Shown: piece by piece, positions 8,070 through 17,588 of the stretch
How positions within the stretch are numbered: the stretch's first letter is position 1
How the letters are laid out: each line of letters opens with the position of its first letter
From: Deltaproteobacteria bacterium
GTDB taxonomy: Bacteria > Myxococcota > XYA12-FULL-58-9
Length of the DNA: 64,000 nt
NCBI GenBank assembly: GCA_016218825.1
Contig: JACRCV010000075.1
Coordinates: 166,358-230,357 of the forward strand
Direction: 5' to 3'
Notes under the pieces: model-generated
Databases searched by the model: none
Seen by the model: the letters and a program-made list of their open reading frames with translations, nothing else
Told to the model about the DNA's origin: nothing
Made by a program: the position numbers and the translations under genes

Positions 8070-9309
8070 CCGCAGGGCGCCGGACATCCTGCTGGAGCGC
8101 TATCTGGCGGGCGACCTCCCGGCGGCGATGGCCGAAGAGGTGGCGAAGCTGATCGCCCTTAGCGACGCCACCCGCGCGCGGCTCCGGGAGCTCGAGAGCG
8201 AACGCGCTGCCTTCCTCGCCGCCAACCCGGCGGCGCCGTTTGCGCATCAGCTCGCGACCCGACTCGCGGTCGACGGTGGCGCCGGTCCGCGTCGCCGGCC
8301 CTGGTGGGCCTGGGCTCTGGCGCCGGCGTTGACTGCGGCCGCGACCGCGGTGGTGGTCCTGGCGGTGGTTCGCCAGGTGCCCGACGTTGCACGCCCGCTG
8401 GCGAGCGTCCCGGCGCAGGATCTGGCGCTGCTCGCGCCCGAGGAGAGCGCGACTCCCGCGCCCGCGACCTCTTCCCGTTTCGCGACGCCCCCGCCCCCGA
8501 CCGCCGCGCCCGAGGCCGAGGCCGTGCGGCAGGCGGCCGCGGAGCCGGCGGGCGGCGCCAAGCCGCAACCGAAGAAGGACGCTCCGGTGCCCGGCCGGGC
8601 GCGATCGAAGGCCAGGGCGGCGCCCGACCCCGGCAAGGGCGGCGCGGCTGGCGGTGGAGGCCTAGGCGGGCTCGGCGACCGGGACGAGCGCAAGAAGGCG
8701 AAGGAGGAAGGGCAAAAGACCTCGGCCCCCGCGGCGTCGAAGCGGGACGACGCGATGGCCGCGCCGGCCGTCCCGATTCAGGTCGCCGACCAGCCGGCGG
8801 TGGCGACGCCGCCCCCGCCCCCGGCGCCGGTTGCGGAGTCGAGGCCGACGCGGGCTCCGGTGGCGATCGAACGGGAGATCGCGGCGCCAGCAAGCTCCCC
8901 CGGGGCCGCGGCGTCGGTCGGAGCTGCCGCCGCCGACGTGTCCGCCCCGCCCGCGGACGACAGCGGCGCAGGGATCACCGCGGTCGAGGCCGCGAAAGGG
9001 CGCAAAGCGTCCGCGCCGGTGCGGCCCGAGGTGCTGGCCGCCGTGAGGCGCCACGCTGCCGCGCTCGCCCTGTGCTTGCGGCCGGCGTTTGCCGCCGGCG
9101 AGCTGGGCTCCGGGAAGTACACCCTGTTGCTGGACTTCGTGATCCAGCCGAGCGGTGCGGTGATCAAGGGCCGGCTGCGGGGCCCGGAGGCCCTCGTCGC
9201 CAGCAGCGCGCGCCTCTGCGTCGTCACCGCGATGCGGAGCTGGCGACTCCCCCCTCCGGACGGCGACGAGGTCGTCACCGCGCTGCCGGTGACCGTTGCG
9301 ATTCCGTGA
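8050..9309 (+). CDS. anti-sigma factor (single TM, Pro/Ala-rich periplasmic linker, AgmX/PglI-like C-terminal domain)
   Basis: Overlaps the sigma gene by 20 nt. N-terminus LERYLAGDLPAAMAEEV resembles an anti-sigma motif. TM segment WWAWALAPALTAAATAVVVLAVV. The C-terminal ~80 aa resemble myxobacterial AgmX/PglI C-terminal (TonB-C-like) domains. Confidence 0.65.
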   Translation: MATQSHSRRAPDILLERYLAGDLPAAMAEEVAKLIALSDATRARLRELESERAAFLAANPAAPFAHQLATRLAVDGGAGPRRRPWWAWALAPALTAAATAVVVLAVVRQVPDVARPLASVPAQDLALLAPEESATPAPATSSRFATPPPPTAAPEAEAVRQAAAEPAGGAKPQPKKDAPVPGRARSKARAAPDPGKGGAAGGGGLGGLGDRDERKKAKEEGQKTSAPAASKRDDAMAAPAVPIQVADQPAVATPPPPPAPVAESRPTRAPVAIEREIAAPASSPGAAASVGAAAADVSAPPADDSGAGITAVEAAKGRKASAPVRPEVLAAVRRHAAALALCLRPAFAAGELGSGKYTLLLDFVIQPSGAVIKGRLRGPEALVASSARLCVVTAMRSWRLPPPDGDEVVTALPVTVAIP

Positions 9310-9340
9310 GCGTCGGTAGACTGTCACACATCGTCTCAGC

Positions 9341-9395
9341 ATATTCTATTGACAATATTATTGACTGCCGATCGGAGACGTTGTAGGTCGGAGGC
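9341..9395 (+). promoter_or_regulatory. putative promoter/operator: tandem -35-like hexamers TTGACA (9349-9354) and TTGACT (9361-9366) around an AATATT core, then a 17-bp spacer, TAGGTC, GGAGG and ATG
   Basis: Seen directly. It is an AT-rich island upstream of the MerR-like gene and shares an ATATTCT motif with the 6524 island. Confidence 0.4.
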
Positions 9396-9902
9396 ATGAC
9401 CCTTCTCTCGCAGGTAGAGCTTCGCCGCGTCGAGCGCCAGCACCCACAAGGCGTGAGCTCGGCGGTGATCGTGGACGCCTTCAAGAGTCGGCGGCAGCGG
9501 TTCAGTGAAGCGACGCTGCGCAAGTACGTGCAGCTCGGGTTGTTGCCGACCTCGCGCCGGGTCGGGAGTCGCGGCCGCAACCGCGGCTCGCGCGGTTTGT
9601 ATCCGGTGGTCGTGGTGCGGCTGGTCAATGAGATCAAGCGGGCCCTCGATCGGGGCGGCACCCTCGAGGAGATCCGGCGCGGCAGCGTTGGGTTGTCGGG
9701 GGAGCTGGTCGCGGTCGAGCGCGCCTGGGCACAGCTGTGGCGGCGTTTCGAAGACGCGGTGGCGCACGTGCCGGCAGGCAAGCAGCAGCGGGCGGTCCGG
9801 AAGCGACTGTCGCAGTCGCGGCGAATCATCGAGCGCGAGGTGCGGGCGCTTGACAGAGTGGCGGTCCGCCTGGGACAGCTCACCGACAGGAGGATGACAT
9901 GA
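9396..9902 (+). CDS. MerR-family-like HTH transcriptional regulator
   Basis: [55 protein letters not shown] matches the MerR HTH/wing pattern (TxRYYExxGLLP...GxRxY...EI). Confidence 0.55.
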   Translation: MTLLSQVELRRVERQHPQGVSSAVIVDAFKSRRQRFSEATLRKYVQLGLLPTSRRVGSRGRNRGSRGLYPVVVVRLVNEIKRALDRGGTLEEIRRGSVGLSGELVAVERAWAQLWRRFEDAVAHVPAGKQQRAVRKRLSQSRRIIEREVRALDRVAVRLGQLTDRRMT

Positions 9903-10399
9903 CGGCGAAGACGACGTGGGAGGATCCGGTCGGTGATGCGGCGGTGGCCCGGCGTGGGCGGCCGGAGCGACGCCCGAAGACGATGTCGCGCCGCGAGATG
10001 ATGCGGGAAGCGCGGCGCCATGAGCGCGCCGGCGACACCGTCGAGATCATGGACTACGAGCGGCCGCGCAACCGTTCGGAGTGCGTCAACGGGCCGCGCC
10101 CTTGCCTGTTCGTGTCGTGCAAGCACCACCTCTACCTCGACGTCAACCCCGAGACCGGGTCGGTGAAGCTGAACTTCCCCGAGAAGGAGGTCTGGGAGCT
10201 CGAGGACACCTGCGCCCTCGACATCGCCGAGCGCGGCGGCATCACGCTCGAAGAGGTCGGCGAGATCCTGAACCTCACCCGTGAGCGTATCCGCCAGCTC
10301 GAGGTCGACGCGCTGAAGAAGCTCAAAGACGAGGCGCCGAAGCACGAGCTCGACGCCTTCGTGGGCTGGGATCCGCACCGGGGTGATCCGGAGCCCTGA
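9899..10399 (+). CDS. sigma-70 region 4.2-only DNA-binding protein with N-terminal Cys/His cluster
   Basis: ATGA overlap with the upstream gene. [30 protein letters not shown] is near-identical to the sigma70 region 4.2 HTH consensus. Preceded by [16 protein letters not shown]. Confidence 0.7.
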   Translation: MTAKTTWEDPVGDAAVARRGRPERRPKTMSRREMMREARRHERAGDTVEIMDYERPRNRSECVNGPRPCLFVSCKHHLYLDVNPETGSVKLNFPEKEVWELEDTCALDIAERGGITLEEVGEILNLTRERIRQLEVDALKKLKDEAPKHELDAFVGWDPHRGDPEP

Positions 10400-10478
10400 C
10401 GACGACGCGGCGCCGGTCGCCGTTCGTCGCGTCGATGGTCCCGTTCGACGCCTGACGATAGGCTCGGGTGATTGAGCC

Positions 10479-12755
10479 ATGGAGCTGGTCTGTCCCAGTT
10501 GCAAGACGACGTTCTCCGTGGCGGACGCCTCGGTGCCCGGCGGCGGTCGGGATTTCCCCTGTCCGAGCTGCGCCCAACCGGTGCCCGCGGGTTGGGGGGT
10601 GCTGGAGATCGACCTGGGTGTGGACCCGAAGGCGGCTCCGGTGCCGCCATCACCGACCCCGGTCGAGACGCCAATCACGACGGCGAAGTCGCCGACCGTC
10701 AGGCCGACGCCGGCAGCAGCGGTGTCAGCCGAGGCCGCCAAGGCGGCCCATCCGGCTTTGAGCGTGGCGCAGCCGGCGCCGGTGGAGGCGGGCCGGGTGC
10801 GCGTGACCGGGGTGACGGCGGCGGTCGACGAGGAGAGCCCCTGGCGGATCTATGCGGTCGTCGGCGGCACCGCGCTCTTCGCCATCCTGGTGGTGGTGAT
10901 CGTCTCGCTCTTCGAGCGGCGTCCGCCGCCGCCCCCGAAGATGCCGAACCCGTTGCAGCAGCGCGTCTCGAGTTGGCGCGGCCAAGGACTGAAGCCGGCC
11001 GTGGCGCCGTTGGCGGCGGCGGTGAAGACCGCAGAGGACGAGCTCGGCCGCGGCACCGACCGGGGGGTCAAGGAGGCGTTCAACGCGGTTCGCGCGGCGC
11101 TTCTCCTCGATCCGGACGCGCCGGCGGCGATTGCCACCTACGGCATGGTGCTCGCCGATTGGCCGGATCGGCTCGAGCCCGACGTCGTTGACGAGGCGCT
11201 GGCGGCGATCGCCTCGGCGATTGGCGACGCGCCCAGCGGGCGCTACCGCGCGGAGCTCGAGGCGGCGCGGGGCTGGCTGCTCTTGCGCACCGAGAGATTC
11301 GAGGCGGCGCGCCAGGCGGCGACGAAGGCGGCGGCCGCCCGGCCCGCGGACCCGGGGATCAAGATGCTGCAGGCCGTCAGTCGTATCTCGACGCGCCCCG
11401 AGGAGGCGGCGGCCGAGCTCGAGCGTCTGGCGCGGGAGGCACAGGCCCCCCGCCGTCTGGCGCTGTGGCGCGGCGAGGCCGAGCTGCGCTCCGGGCAGAT
11501 CGGACGGGCGCTGGCGATCTGGTCGGGGTCGCTCTCCGGTAGCGCCGCCGACGCCGCGGTGCTGCGGCGGCTGGCGCGGCTCGCGGTAGACGCCGGCGAC
11601 CAGGCCGGCGCGTTCGAACGCCTGCAGCAGATCGAAGCGGCCGGCTATGCCGGGGTCGACGACCGGCTGCTGCTGGCGCGGTTGCAGGCGCGGGCGCTGC
11701 GCAAACCGGCGTTGGCGATCGCGACCTTGGACGCGGCGCTCGCCGACCCGGGCTTGAGCGCCCTGAATCGCGCCCGGGTCTTGAGTGAGAAGGCCGCGGT
11801 GGCGCTCTTGGCGCCGCCGGCGTTCGTGAGCGCGGCGACGGTGTCGGGGTGGCTCGACGCCGCTCTCGACTTGGCGCCCGACTTGCCGGAGCTGTTGTAC
11901 GTCGCCGGTCTCGTCGACGAGAGAAACGGCGCCATCGACAACGCCCTGCAGTCCCTCGAGGCGGCCGCCGAGCTGGCGCCGGATCGACCGGAGGTGGCGC
12001 TGCGGCTCGCGCTCCTCGCCAAGGACGACCCGAGCCTGGCGCGCCCGGCAATCGCGGCGGCCAACCGCGAGGTGGCGCACTACGTCCCGGCGCACCTCGC
12101 GAGCGCCGTGCTGCTGCTCGCGGCCGGCGACAGCTCCGGCGCCGCCGCGGCAGTCCGGCGGGCGGCGGACTTCGATCCGCGACGCTATGCGGATGAGCAC
12201 GAGATGGATGCTTTCGTCGACCCGCCGGCGGCGCACCTCGCCATCGCCAAGCTGCTCTCGCCGTATGCCCGCCGGAGCGACAACGCCATGCTGACCACGG
12301 CGATGGGCATGGCGTACTACTTCGCGCAGGACTTCAAGCGCGCCGAAGCCACCTTGACCGCGGCGCTCAAGTCGGACCCCGAGGACGTCGGCGCTCGGCT
12401 GTACCACGCGATCCTGGCGCTTGGTCGCAAGAAGATCCCGGTGGCGCGCCGCGATCTGCAGGCGGCGGCGGCGGCCGACTCGCAGCACGCGGTCGTCCGG
12501 CTTTATCAGGCGCGCCTCTTCGAGCAGCTGAAGAAGCCGGCGGAGGCGGAGCGGCTCTACCGCGACCTGCTGGAGGTGAACCCCCTCGACACCGGCGCTC
12601 GGCTGGGGCTGTCGGGGGTGCTGTGGGGGCGGGGGCAGAAGGACGCGGCGCGCGCCGAGGTGTTGAAGCTGATGCGCACCCGGCAGGGGGACCGCGACGC
12701 CCTGCGTTTTCTGGTGGCGGCGGACCGTCGACCGATGGCAAAGAAGAGGCCGTGA
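10479..12755 (+). CDS. zinc-ribbon / TPR-repeat membrane-anchored protein
   Basis: N-terminus [12 protein letters not shown]...FPCPSCAQ is an MJ0042-type zinc ribbon. One TM follows, then many TPR-like Ala/Leu repeats. Confidence 0.8.
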   Translation: MELVCPSCKTTFSVADASVPGGGRDFPCPSCAQPVPAGWGVLEIDLGVDPKAAPVPPSPTPVETPITTAKSPTVRPTPAAAVSAEAAKAAHPALSVAQPAPVEAGRVRVTGVTAAVDEESPWRIYAVVGGTALFAILVVVIVSLFERRPPPPPKMPNPLQQRVSSWRGQGLKPAVAPLAAAVKTAEDELGRGTDRGVKEAFNAVRAALLLDPDAPAAIATYGMVLADWPDRLEPDVVDEALAAIASAIGDAPSGRYRAELEAARGWLLLRTERFEAARQAATKAAAARPADPGIKMLQAVSRISTRPEEAAAELERLAREAQAPRRLALWRGEAELRSGQIGRALAIWSGSLSGSAADAAVLRRLARLAVDAGDQAGAFERLQQIEAAGYAGVDDRLLLARLQARALRKPALAIATLDAALADPGLSALNRARVLSEKAAVALLAPPAFVSAATVSGWLDAALDLAPDLPELLYVAGLVDERNGAIDNALQSLEAAAELAPDRPEVALRLALLAKDDPSLARPAIAAANREVAHYVPAHLASAVLLLAAGDSSGAAAAVRRAADFDPRRYADEHEMDAFVDPPAAHLAIAKLLSPYARRSDNAMLTTAMGMAYYFAQDFKRAEATLTAALKSDPEDVGARLYHAILALGRKKIPVARRDLQAAAAADSQHAVVRLYQARLFEQLKKPAEAERLYRDLLEVNPLDTGARLGLSGVLWGRGQKDAARAEVLKLMRTRQGDRDALRFLVAADRRPMAKKRP

Positions 12756-14017
12756 ACGCTACCCCCACCCTGGCGAACGACGCAGGCTCGGAGTCACGGC
12801 TGTGCGACGCCCTCCAGGTGGGGGCGCGGTTCGCGCTCGTCTTCGTGCTGCCGCTGTATCCACTGGTGCCCAGGTTTCCGCTCTGGGGTCCGTTCGGCAC
12901 CGACGACGTCATCCCGGTGGCGGTGGTGGCGCTCGCGGCGGCGGCCCTCCTCGGCGCCCGGCGGCCGGCGCCACTGTCGCCGGTGCTGGTGGCGCTCGGG
13001 CTCGTCGCCGCGGTCGCGACGCTCGCCGCGCTGGTGAGCGCCGGCGGTCTGGTCGCGGCGCTGGTTGCCGCGGTGCGGGTCGCGGGACGGCTGGCGTTGT
13101 ATGGCGTCGTGGTGCTCGCCATCACCCGGCTGCTCGCGGCCGGCGATCGGCGGCGCTTGCTGGCGATGTTGGCGACGGTGGCGGTGCTCGAAGGTCTGGT
13201 CGGGGTCGCGGCCTACGCCGGCAAGGTCCAAGGGCCGTGGCAAACCGGGATGCTGGCGTACCCTGCAGAGCAGATGCCGGCCCACGGTCGGGTGCGGGTC
13301 CAGGGCACCTTTGGGGGCGAGGTGCCCGAGGGCCAGCTGTTCTTGAACCGCGCCAACTTCTACTCCGCGTACCTGGTGATGGGGCTCGCGGCGCTGGGGG
13401 TGTTCGTCGATCGGCGGCGCCGGGTCAGGGTCATCGTCGGCGCGGCGGCGATCGTGGCGGGGGTGCTGGTGTCGTTCTCGCGCATGAGCCTGCTCGCGGC
13501 GTTGCTCGCCGGCGCGGTGCTGGCGCTCTTGCATCGTCGCACCATCACCTTCGCCGTCGTCGTCGCCGTGACCGCGGTGGCTTTGGCCGTGGTCACGCCG
13601 CTGCGCGACCGGTTCTTGGAGTTCGGCAACGACCGCCTGCAGCAGTGGCGGATCGCGGCCCGAGTCATCGCCGCGCATCCGGCGCTGGGGGTCGGCGACG
13701 GGCGCTACCTCGAAGAGGCCTACCGCCTCTCCGCCGGTATCGACGTGCCGGAGACCCGAACCCCCCACAACTCGCTCTTGTACGCCGCCGCGAGCTACGG
13801 CATCCCGAGCGGCGTGGCGCTCGTCGGGCTCTACGTCACGTTGATCGCGGTCTCGGCGGGCGCCTGGCGCCGCCGCCGCACGCCTGCCGCCGCGGCCCTC
13901 GTGGCGCTGGTCGCGGCCTTCCTCCTCCACGACGTCAGCAACAACCTGTTCTTCATCCCCGAGGTGGCGCTCGCGTTCTGGATGGCGTTCGCCGCGACCA
14001 GCGCCGAGGAAGCCTGA
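12752..14017 (+). CDS. O-antigen ligase/Wzy-like polysaccharide polymerase family membrane protein
   Basis: GTG start in a GTGA overlap with the TPR gene stop. Multi-TM protein with a Wzy_C-like core (VLVSFSRMSLLAALLAGAV, HPALGVGDGRY, HNSLLY). Confidence 0.75.
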   Translation: MNATPTLANDAGSESRLCDALQVGARFALVFVLPLYPLVPRFPLWGPFGTDDVIPVAVVALAAAALLGARRPAPLSPVLVALGLVAAVATLAALVSAGGLVAALVAAVRVAGRLALYGVVVLAITRLLAAGDRRRLLAMLATVAVLEGLVGVAAYAGKVQGPWQTGMLAYPAEQMPAHGRVRVQGTFGGEVPEGQLFLNRANFYSAYLVMGLAALGVFVDRRRRVRVIVGAAAIVAGVLVSFSRMSLLAALLAGAVLALLHRRTITFAVVVAVTAVALAVVTPLRDRFLEFGNDRLQQWRIAARVIAAHPALGVGDGRYLEEAYRLSAGIDVPETRTPHNSLLYAAASYGIPSGVALVGLYVTLIAVSAGAWRRRRTPAAAALVALVAAFLLHDVSNNLFFIPEVALAFWMAFAATSAEEA

Positions 14018-14018
14018 T

Positions 14019-14819
14019 ATGCGCCTCTCGGTCTTGATCGTCAGCTACAACGTCGAGCCGCTGCTCGAGCGATGTCTGGCGAGCCTCGGCGAGGCCGACG
14101 AGGTCGTGGTCGTCGACAACGGCTCCAAAGACGGCAGCGCCGCGATGGTTCGCGAGCGCTTTCCCAACTGTCGCCTGCTGGCGCTCTCCGACAACCGCGG
14201 CTTCGCCGTCGGCGTGAACCTCGCCGCCCGCGAGGCCAAGGGCGAGCTCCTACTGCTCTTGAACCCCGACGCCGAGCTGTCGCCGGGCAACGTCGCCGCG
14301 ATGGCGCAGGAGCTCGATCTGCGTCCCGAGGCCGCGGCGTTGGGTTTCCGCCAGATCGACGAGGCCGGGCGGTTCCAGCTCGCGGTGGGGCCGGCGCCTT
14401 GGCTGAGCCTGGAGCTCGCGCGCCTGGTGTTGCAGCGCCGCCTCGATCGGGGCGACCGGCTGCTCGGTCGTGCGCTCGATCGGGCGCTGTCGCGACCGAT
14501 GCGGGTGCCGTGGGTCGCGGGCTCGTGCCTTCTGGTGCGCCGCGGCGCGTTCGAGGCCGTCGGCGGCTTCGACGAGCGCTTCTTCCTGTTCTTCGAGGAC
14601 ATCGACTTCTGTCTCCGACTGGCGTCGAGCTGCGGGCCGGTCTTCTACGTGCCGACGGTCACCGTCCGGCACCACCGCGGCGCCAGCGCCGCGAAGGACG
14701 AGCGGCGCGCGGCCCGGGCATACCGCCACAGCCAGATCTGGTTCTGGCGCAAGCACCGTGGGGTGCTCGTGGCGTCGGCGGTCAAGCTCTACCAACGGCT
14801 GCGGGGTGTGGCGCCCTGA
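14019..14819 (+). CDS. family 2 glycosyltransferase
   Basis: MRLSVLIVSYNVEPLLERCL...VVVVDNGSKDGS...LSDNRGFAVGVN is a GT2 DxD-type signature. Confidence 0.85.
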   Translation: MRLSVLIVSYNVEPLLERCLASLGEADEVVVVDNGSKDGSAAMVRERFPNCRLLALSDNRGFAVGVNLAAREAKGELLLLLNPDAELSPGNVAAMAQELDLRPEAAALGFRQIDEAGRFQLAVGPAPWLSLELARLVLQRRLDRGDRLLGRALDRALSRPMRVPWVAGSCLLVRRGAFEAVGGFDERFFLFFEDIDFCLRLASSCGPVFYVPTVTVRHHRGASAAKDERRAARAYRHSQIWFWRKHRGVLVASAVKLYQRLRGVAP

Positions 14820-14841
14820 AAGAGCGCAGGAGAGATCGGTG

Positions 14842-15960
14842 ATGACGGCGGCCGCCGCGGGCCCGCGGGTGCTCCACGTCATGGCCTCGGGCGAGCGCGG
14901 CGGCGGCGCCGATCACCTCACCCACGTGATCTCCAAGCTCACCGCGCTCGGGGTGCGGTCGAGCGTCGCGGTGAGCGGCGGCGGGCCGCTCGCGGCCCGC
15001 CTCGAGCAGCAGGGGGTCGCGGTGCACCGCGTCGAGATGATGCGGTCCCGCCTGGACCCGCGGGCGGTGCTGGCGCTGCGCCGGTTGGTCGTGGCCGAGG
15101 CGCCCGACGTCGTGCACTGCCACGGCACCCGGGCGGCGTTCTTCGCGGCGCTGGCGCGCTTGCCCGCGGGTTACGTCTACACGGTCCACGGCCTGAGCTA
15201 TCGCCAGGACGTCAGCCGCGCGCGGCGCGCCGTGCTGCTCGCCGCCGAAGCCCTCGCCTGCCGGCGGGCGCGCTTCGTGGTGTCGGTGTCGGCCGCGGAC
15301 CTCAACGACCTGACCCTGAGAGGCTACGTGCCTCCGGGCGCCGGCCGGCACATCCCCAACGCCGTGGCGCTGGATCGCTTCAAGCCTGGGGACCGGCGGC
15401 AGGCGAAGGCGCGGCTCGGCTTGGCAGAGAGCGCGGTCGTGGTCGGGACGGTCGCGCGGTTGGTGCCGCAGAAGGCGGTGCACGACCTCGTCGACGCGGT
15501 GCTGCAGTGCGAGCCCGTGAGCCTGGTGATCGTCGGTGACGGGCCGCTGCGGCGCGGCCTCGAGGCCAGGGCGGCGGCGGCCGGCGCCCGGATCCAGTTC
15601 CTCGGCGCCCGCGACGACGTCGCCGCGGTGCTCCAGGCGTTCGACGTCTTCGCGCTCAGCTCCCGCTGGGAAGGGGAGCCGATCGCGCTCCTCGAGGCGA
15701 TGGCGACCGGGCTCCCGTGCGTCGCGACCGCGACCGCGGGCGCCACCGAGGTGCTCGGCGAGGACGGCGAGGCGGGGCGACTGGTGCCGATCGGCGCCCC
15801 GCGGACCATGGCCGCGACCTTCGCCGAGCTCGCGGCAGACCCGGCGGCGCGCGAACGATTGGGCAAGACGGCGCGGGCCCGGGTCGAGCCGCGCTCCTGG
15901 GAGTCTGTTGCGGCCCAACTCGCTCGGCTCTATAGGGACGTATGCCCAACCGGCCGGTGA
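14842..15960 (+). CDS. family 4 (group 1) glycosyltransferase
   Basis: ATG 14842 with AGGAGAG Shine-Dalgarno. RVLHVMASGERGGG... then C-terminal EGEPIALLEAMATGLPCVAT is a GT4 E-x7-E motif. Confidence 0.85.
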   Translation: MTAAAAGPRVLHVMASGERGGGADHLTHVISKLTALGVRSSVAVSGGGPLAARLEQQGVAVHRVEMMRSRLDPRAVLALRRLVVAEAPDVVHCHGTRAAFFAALARLPAGYVYTVHGLSYRQDVSRARRAVLLAAEALACRRARFVVSVSAADLNDLTLRGYVPPGAGRHIPNAVALDRFKPGDRRQAKARLGLAESAVVVGTVARLVPQKAVHDLVDAVLQCEPVSLVIVGDGPLRRGLEARAAAAGARIQFLGARDDVAAVLQAFDVFALSSRWEGEPIALLEAMATGLPCVATATAGATEVLGEDGEAGRLVPIGAPRTMAATFAELAADPAARERLGKTARARVEPRSWESVAAQLARLYRDVCPTGR

Positions 15961-17588
15961 GCCGCCGTCACACATGGCTCCTCGTCGGGGCCGCGGCGCC
16001 TTTCCTCGTGCCGCTCGCGGTCGGACCGGCGCCGCCCGCCGCGTGGTGTCTCGCGGGCGCGGCCCTGGTCGCTGCGGCGGCGCTGCCGTTCACGCTCGCG
16101 TGGGGGTGGCTCGCGGCGGTCGGTGGCGTCGTCGTCTACCTCGGGGCGGCGGCGTCGGCGTGGTCGTGGGGTGGGGTGGCGGCGGGCGGCGTGGCGCTCC
16201 TCCTGCTGCAGCTCGCCGAGCCGCCGTCGCGGCGCGCGCTCTGGCTGTCGTCCACGGCCGCGGTGGCCGTCGCCATCGGCCTCGGGGTCGCGGTGTTGCA
16301 GCGCTCGAGCCGGCAGGCCGATGCCCTCACCTTGGGACGGTTGAGCTTCGGGCTGGTCCTCGGGGCGGGTTTCTGGCTCGTCGCCACCAAGCTGCAGCGC
16401 GAAACCGGGGGTGCGGCGCGCGCCGCCGCCAAGCGCGGGGTTGCGCTCCTGGTCGCCGTCGCGGCGCTCGTCGGTGGTCTGCGGTCCGAGTCGGACGCGG
16501 CGATCCCGGCGTGGCGCCGACACGCCGCCCGCCTCGCGGCCTTCCCGGCCTCGGCGCCGAGCCTGGCGGCGACGGACCCCCAGGGCGATCTGGAGGCGTT
16601 GCGCGCCGCCGGCTTCGGGGACGCCGGGCTCGCGACCGTGGCGCTGGGGCTGCACGCCAACGCCGATCCCGACAGCCTCAGGCGCTGGTGTCCGCGGCGA
16701 CACGTCGAAAGCGCGCTGCCGCCGGCGTGGGATGGCACGGTGCAGCTCGGCGAGCTGGTGTGCGAGATGCTCGGGCTCTGGCCCGAGGTGGCGGCCGAGC
16801 GTCTGTGGCACGAGAGCCGCTGTGCGCTCGATGGCGCACCGCGTGCCTGTCGATTACGACCCGCGCCGTCGCCGTCGATCCGCGCCGAGCTGCTGCGCCT
16901 GCGGGCGGACGTCTTGGCGGGGGCGGGTCGGATCGAGGCCGCCGCCGCAGCCTATCTGGAAGCCGCCGCCGCCGGCGACCGGTGGGCGCGCCGCGACGGG
17001 GTCCAGGCGATGCTGGAGCGCAACCGCGGGCGGGAGGCCGCGAGCCTCGCGGACGCGAGCGACCCGTTGGCGGCGGTGTGGCTCGGTCGGCCGGTGGATC
17101 CGCCGCGCGCCTGGCAGGCGTGGAACGAGAGCCTCGACTTCGCGCGCGTCGTGGCGCCGCGACGCTCGGGCCTGCAACCGGTCGGGGCGCCCGGCCAGAT
17201 CGTGACCTTCGTCGACCCGGTGTTGGCGCGCCGGGTCGCCACCAGTCTGACGAAGTACGTCCTCGCCTCCGGCATGCAGCTGCCGCCGCCGCCGGCCGGC
17301 GAGATGCCGGCGGTGCTCAAGCTGTGGTTTCGGGCGCGCCGCGGCTTCGCGATCAACCTGGTGACGATCGACGGGCCGATCCTGTCGTACGGCTGCGCCG
17401 ACCCGGGCCCCGAGCCCGGCCACGTCTTCGCGCCGCTGCCGCGCTCGGGGTGCGACGGCGAGTGGACGGTGGCGGCGCTCACGCCTCGGGAGCTGTCGCG
17501 CGCCCGGCTGTCCCGACTGGAGCTGATGGGGGAGTACTCGGTGGCCAGCATCGAGGCTTTGCCGCCGGCGGACGGGGGCGGACCATGA
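15942..17588 (+). CDS. hypothetical polytopic membrane protein with a large C-terminal soluble domain
   Basis: ORF track. Five or six N-terminal TM helices, then ~350 aa with no recognisable domain. ATGA-coupled to the downstream ligase-like gene. Confidence 0.5.
   Translation: MPNRPVSRRHTWLLVGAAAPFLVPLAVGPAPPAAWCLAGAALVAAAALPFTLAWGWLAAVGGVVVYLGAAASAWSWGGVAAGGVALLLLQLAEPPSRRALWLSSTAAVAVAIGLGVAVLQRSSRQADALTLGRLSFGLVLGAGFWLVATKLQRETGGAARAAAKRGVALLVAVAALVGGLRSESDAAIPAWRRHAARLAAFPASAPSLAATDPQGDLEALRAAGFGDAGLATVALGLHANADPDSLRRWCPRRHVESALPPAWDGTVQLGELVCEMLGLWPEVAAERLWHESRCALDGAPRACRLRPAPSPSIRAELLRLRADVLAGAGRIEAAAAAYLEAAAAGDRWARRDGVQAMLERNRGREAASLADASDPLAAVWLGRPVDPPRAWQAWNESLDFARVVAPRRSGLQPVGAPGQIVTFVDPVLARRVATSLTKYVLASGMQLPPPPAGEMPAVLKLWFRARRGFAINLVTIDGPILSYGCADPGPEPGHVFAPLPRSGCDGEWTVAALTPRELSRARLSRLELMGEYSVASIEALPPADGGGP

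Noticed and set aside
12802-14037. Alternative-frame 411-aa ORF overlapping the Wzy-like gene
   Set aside because: It is an Arg/Gly-rich translation. The 12752..14017 frame gives a polytopic membrane protein with Wzy_C-like motifs and GTGA coupling to the upstream gene.
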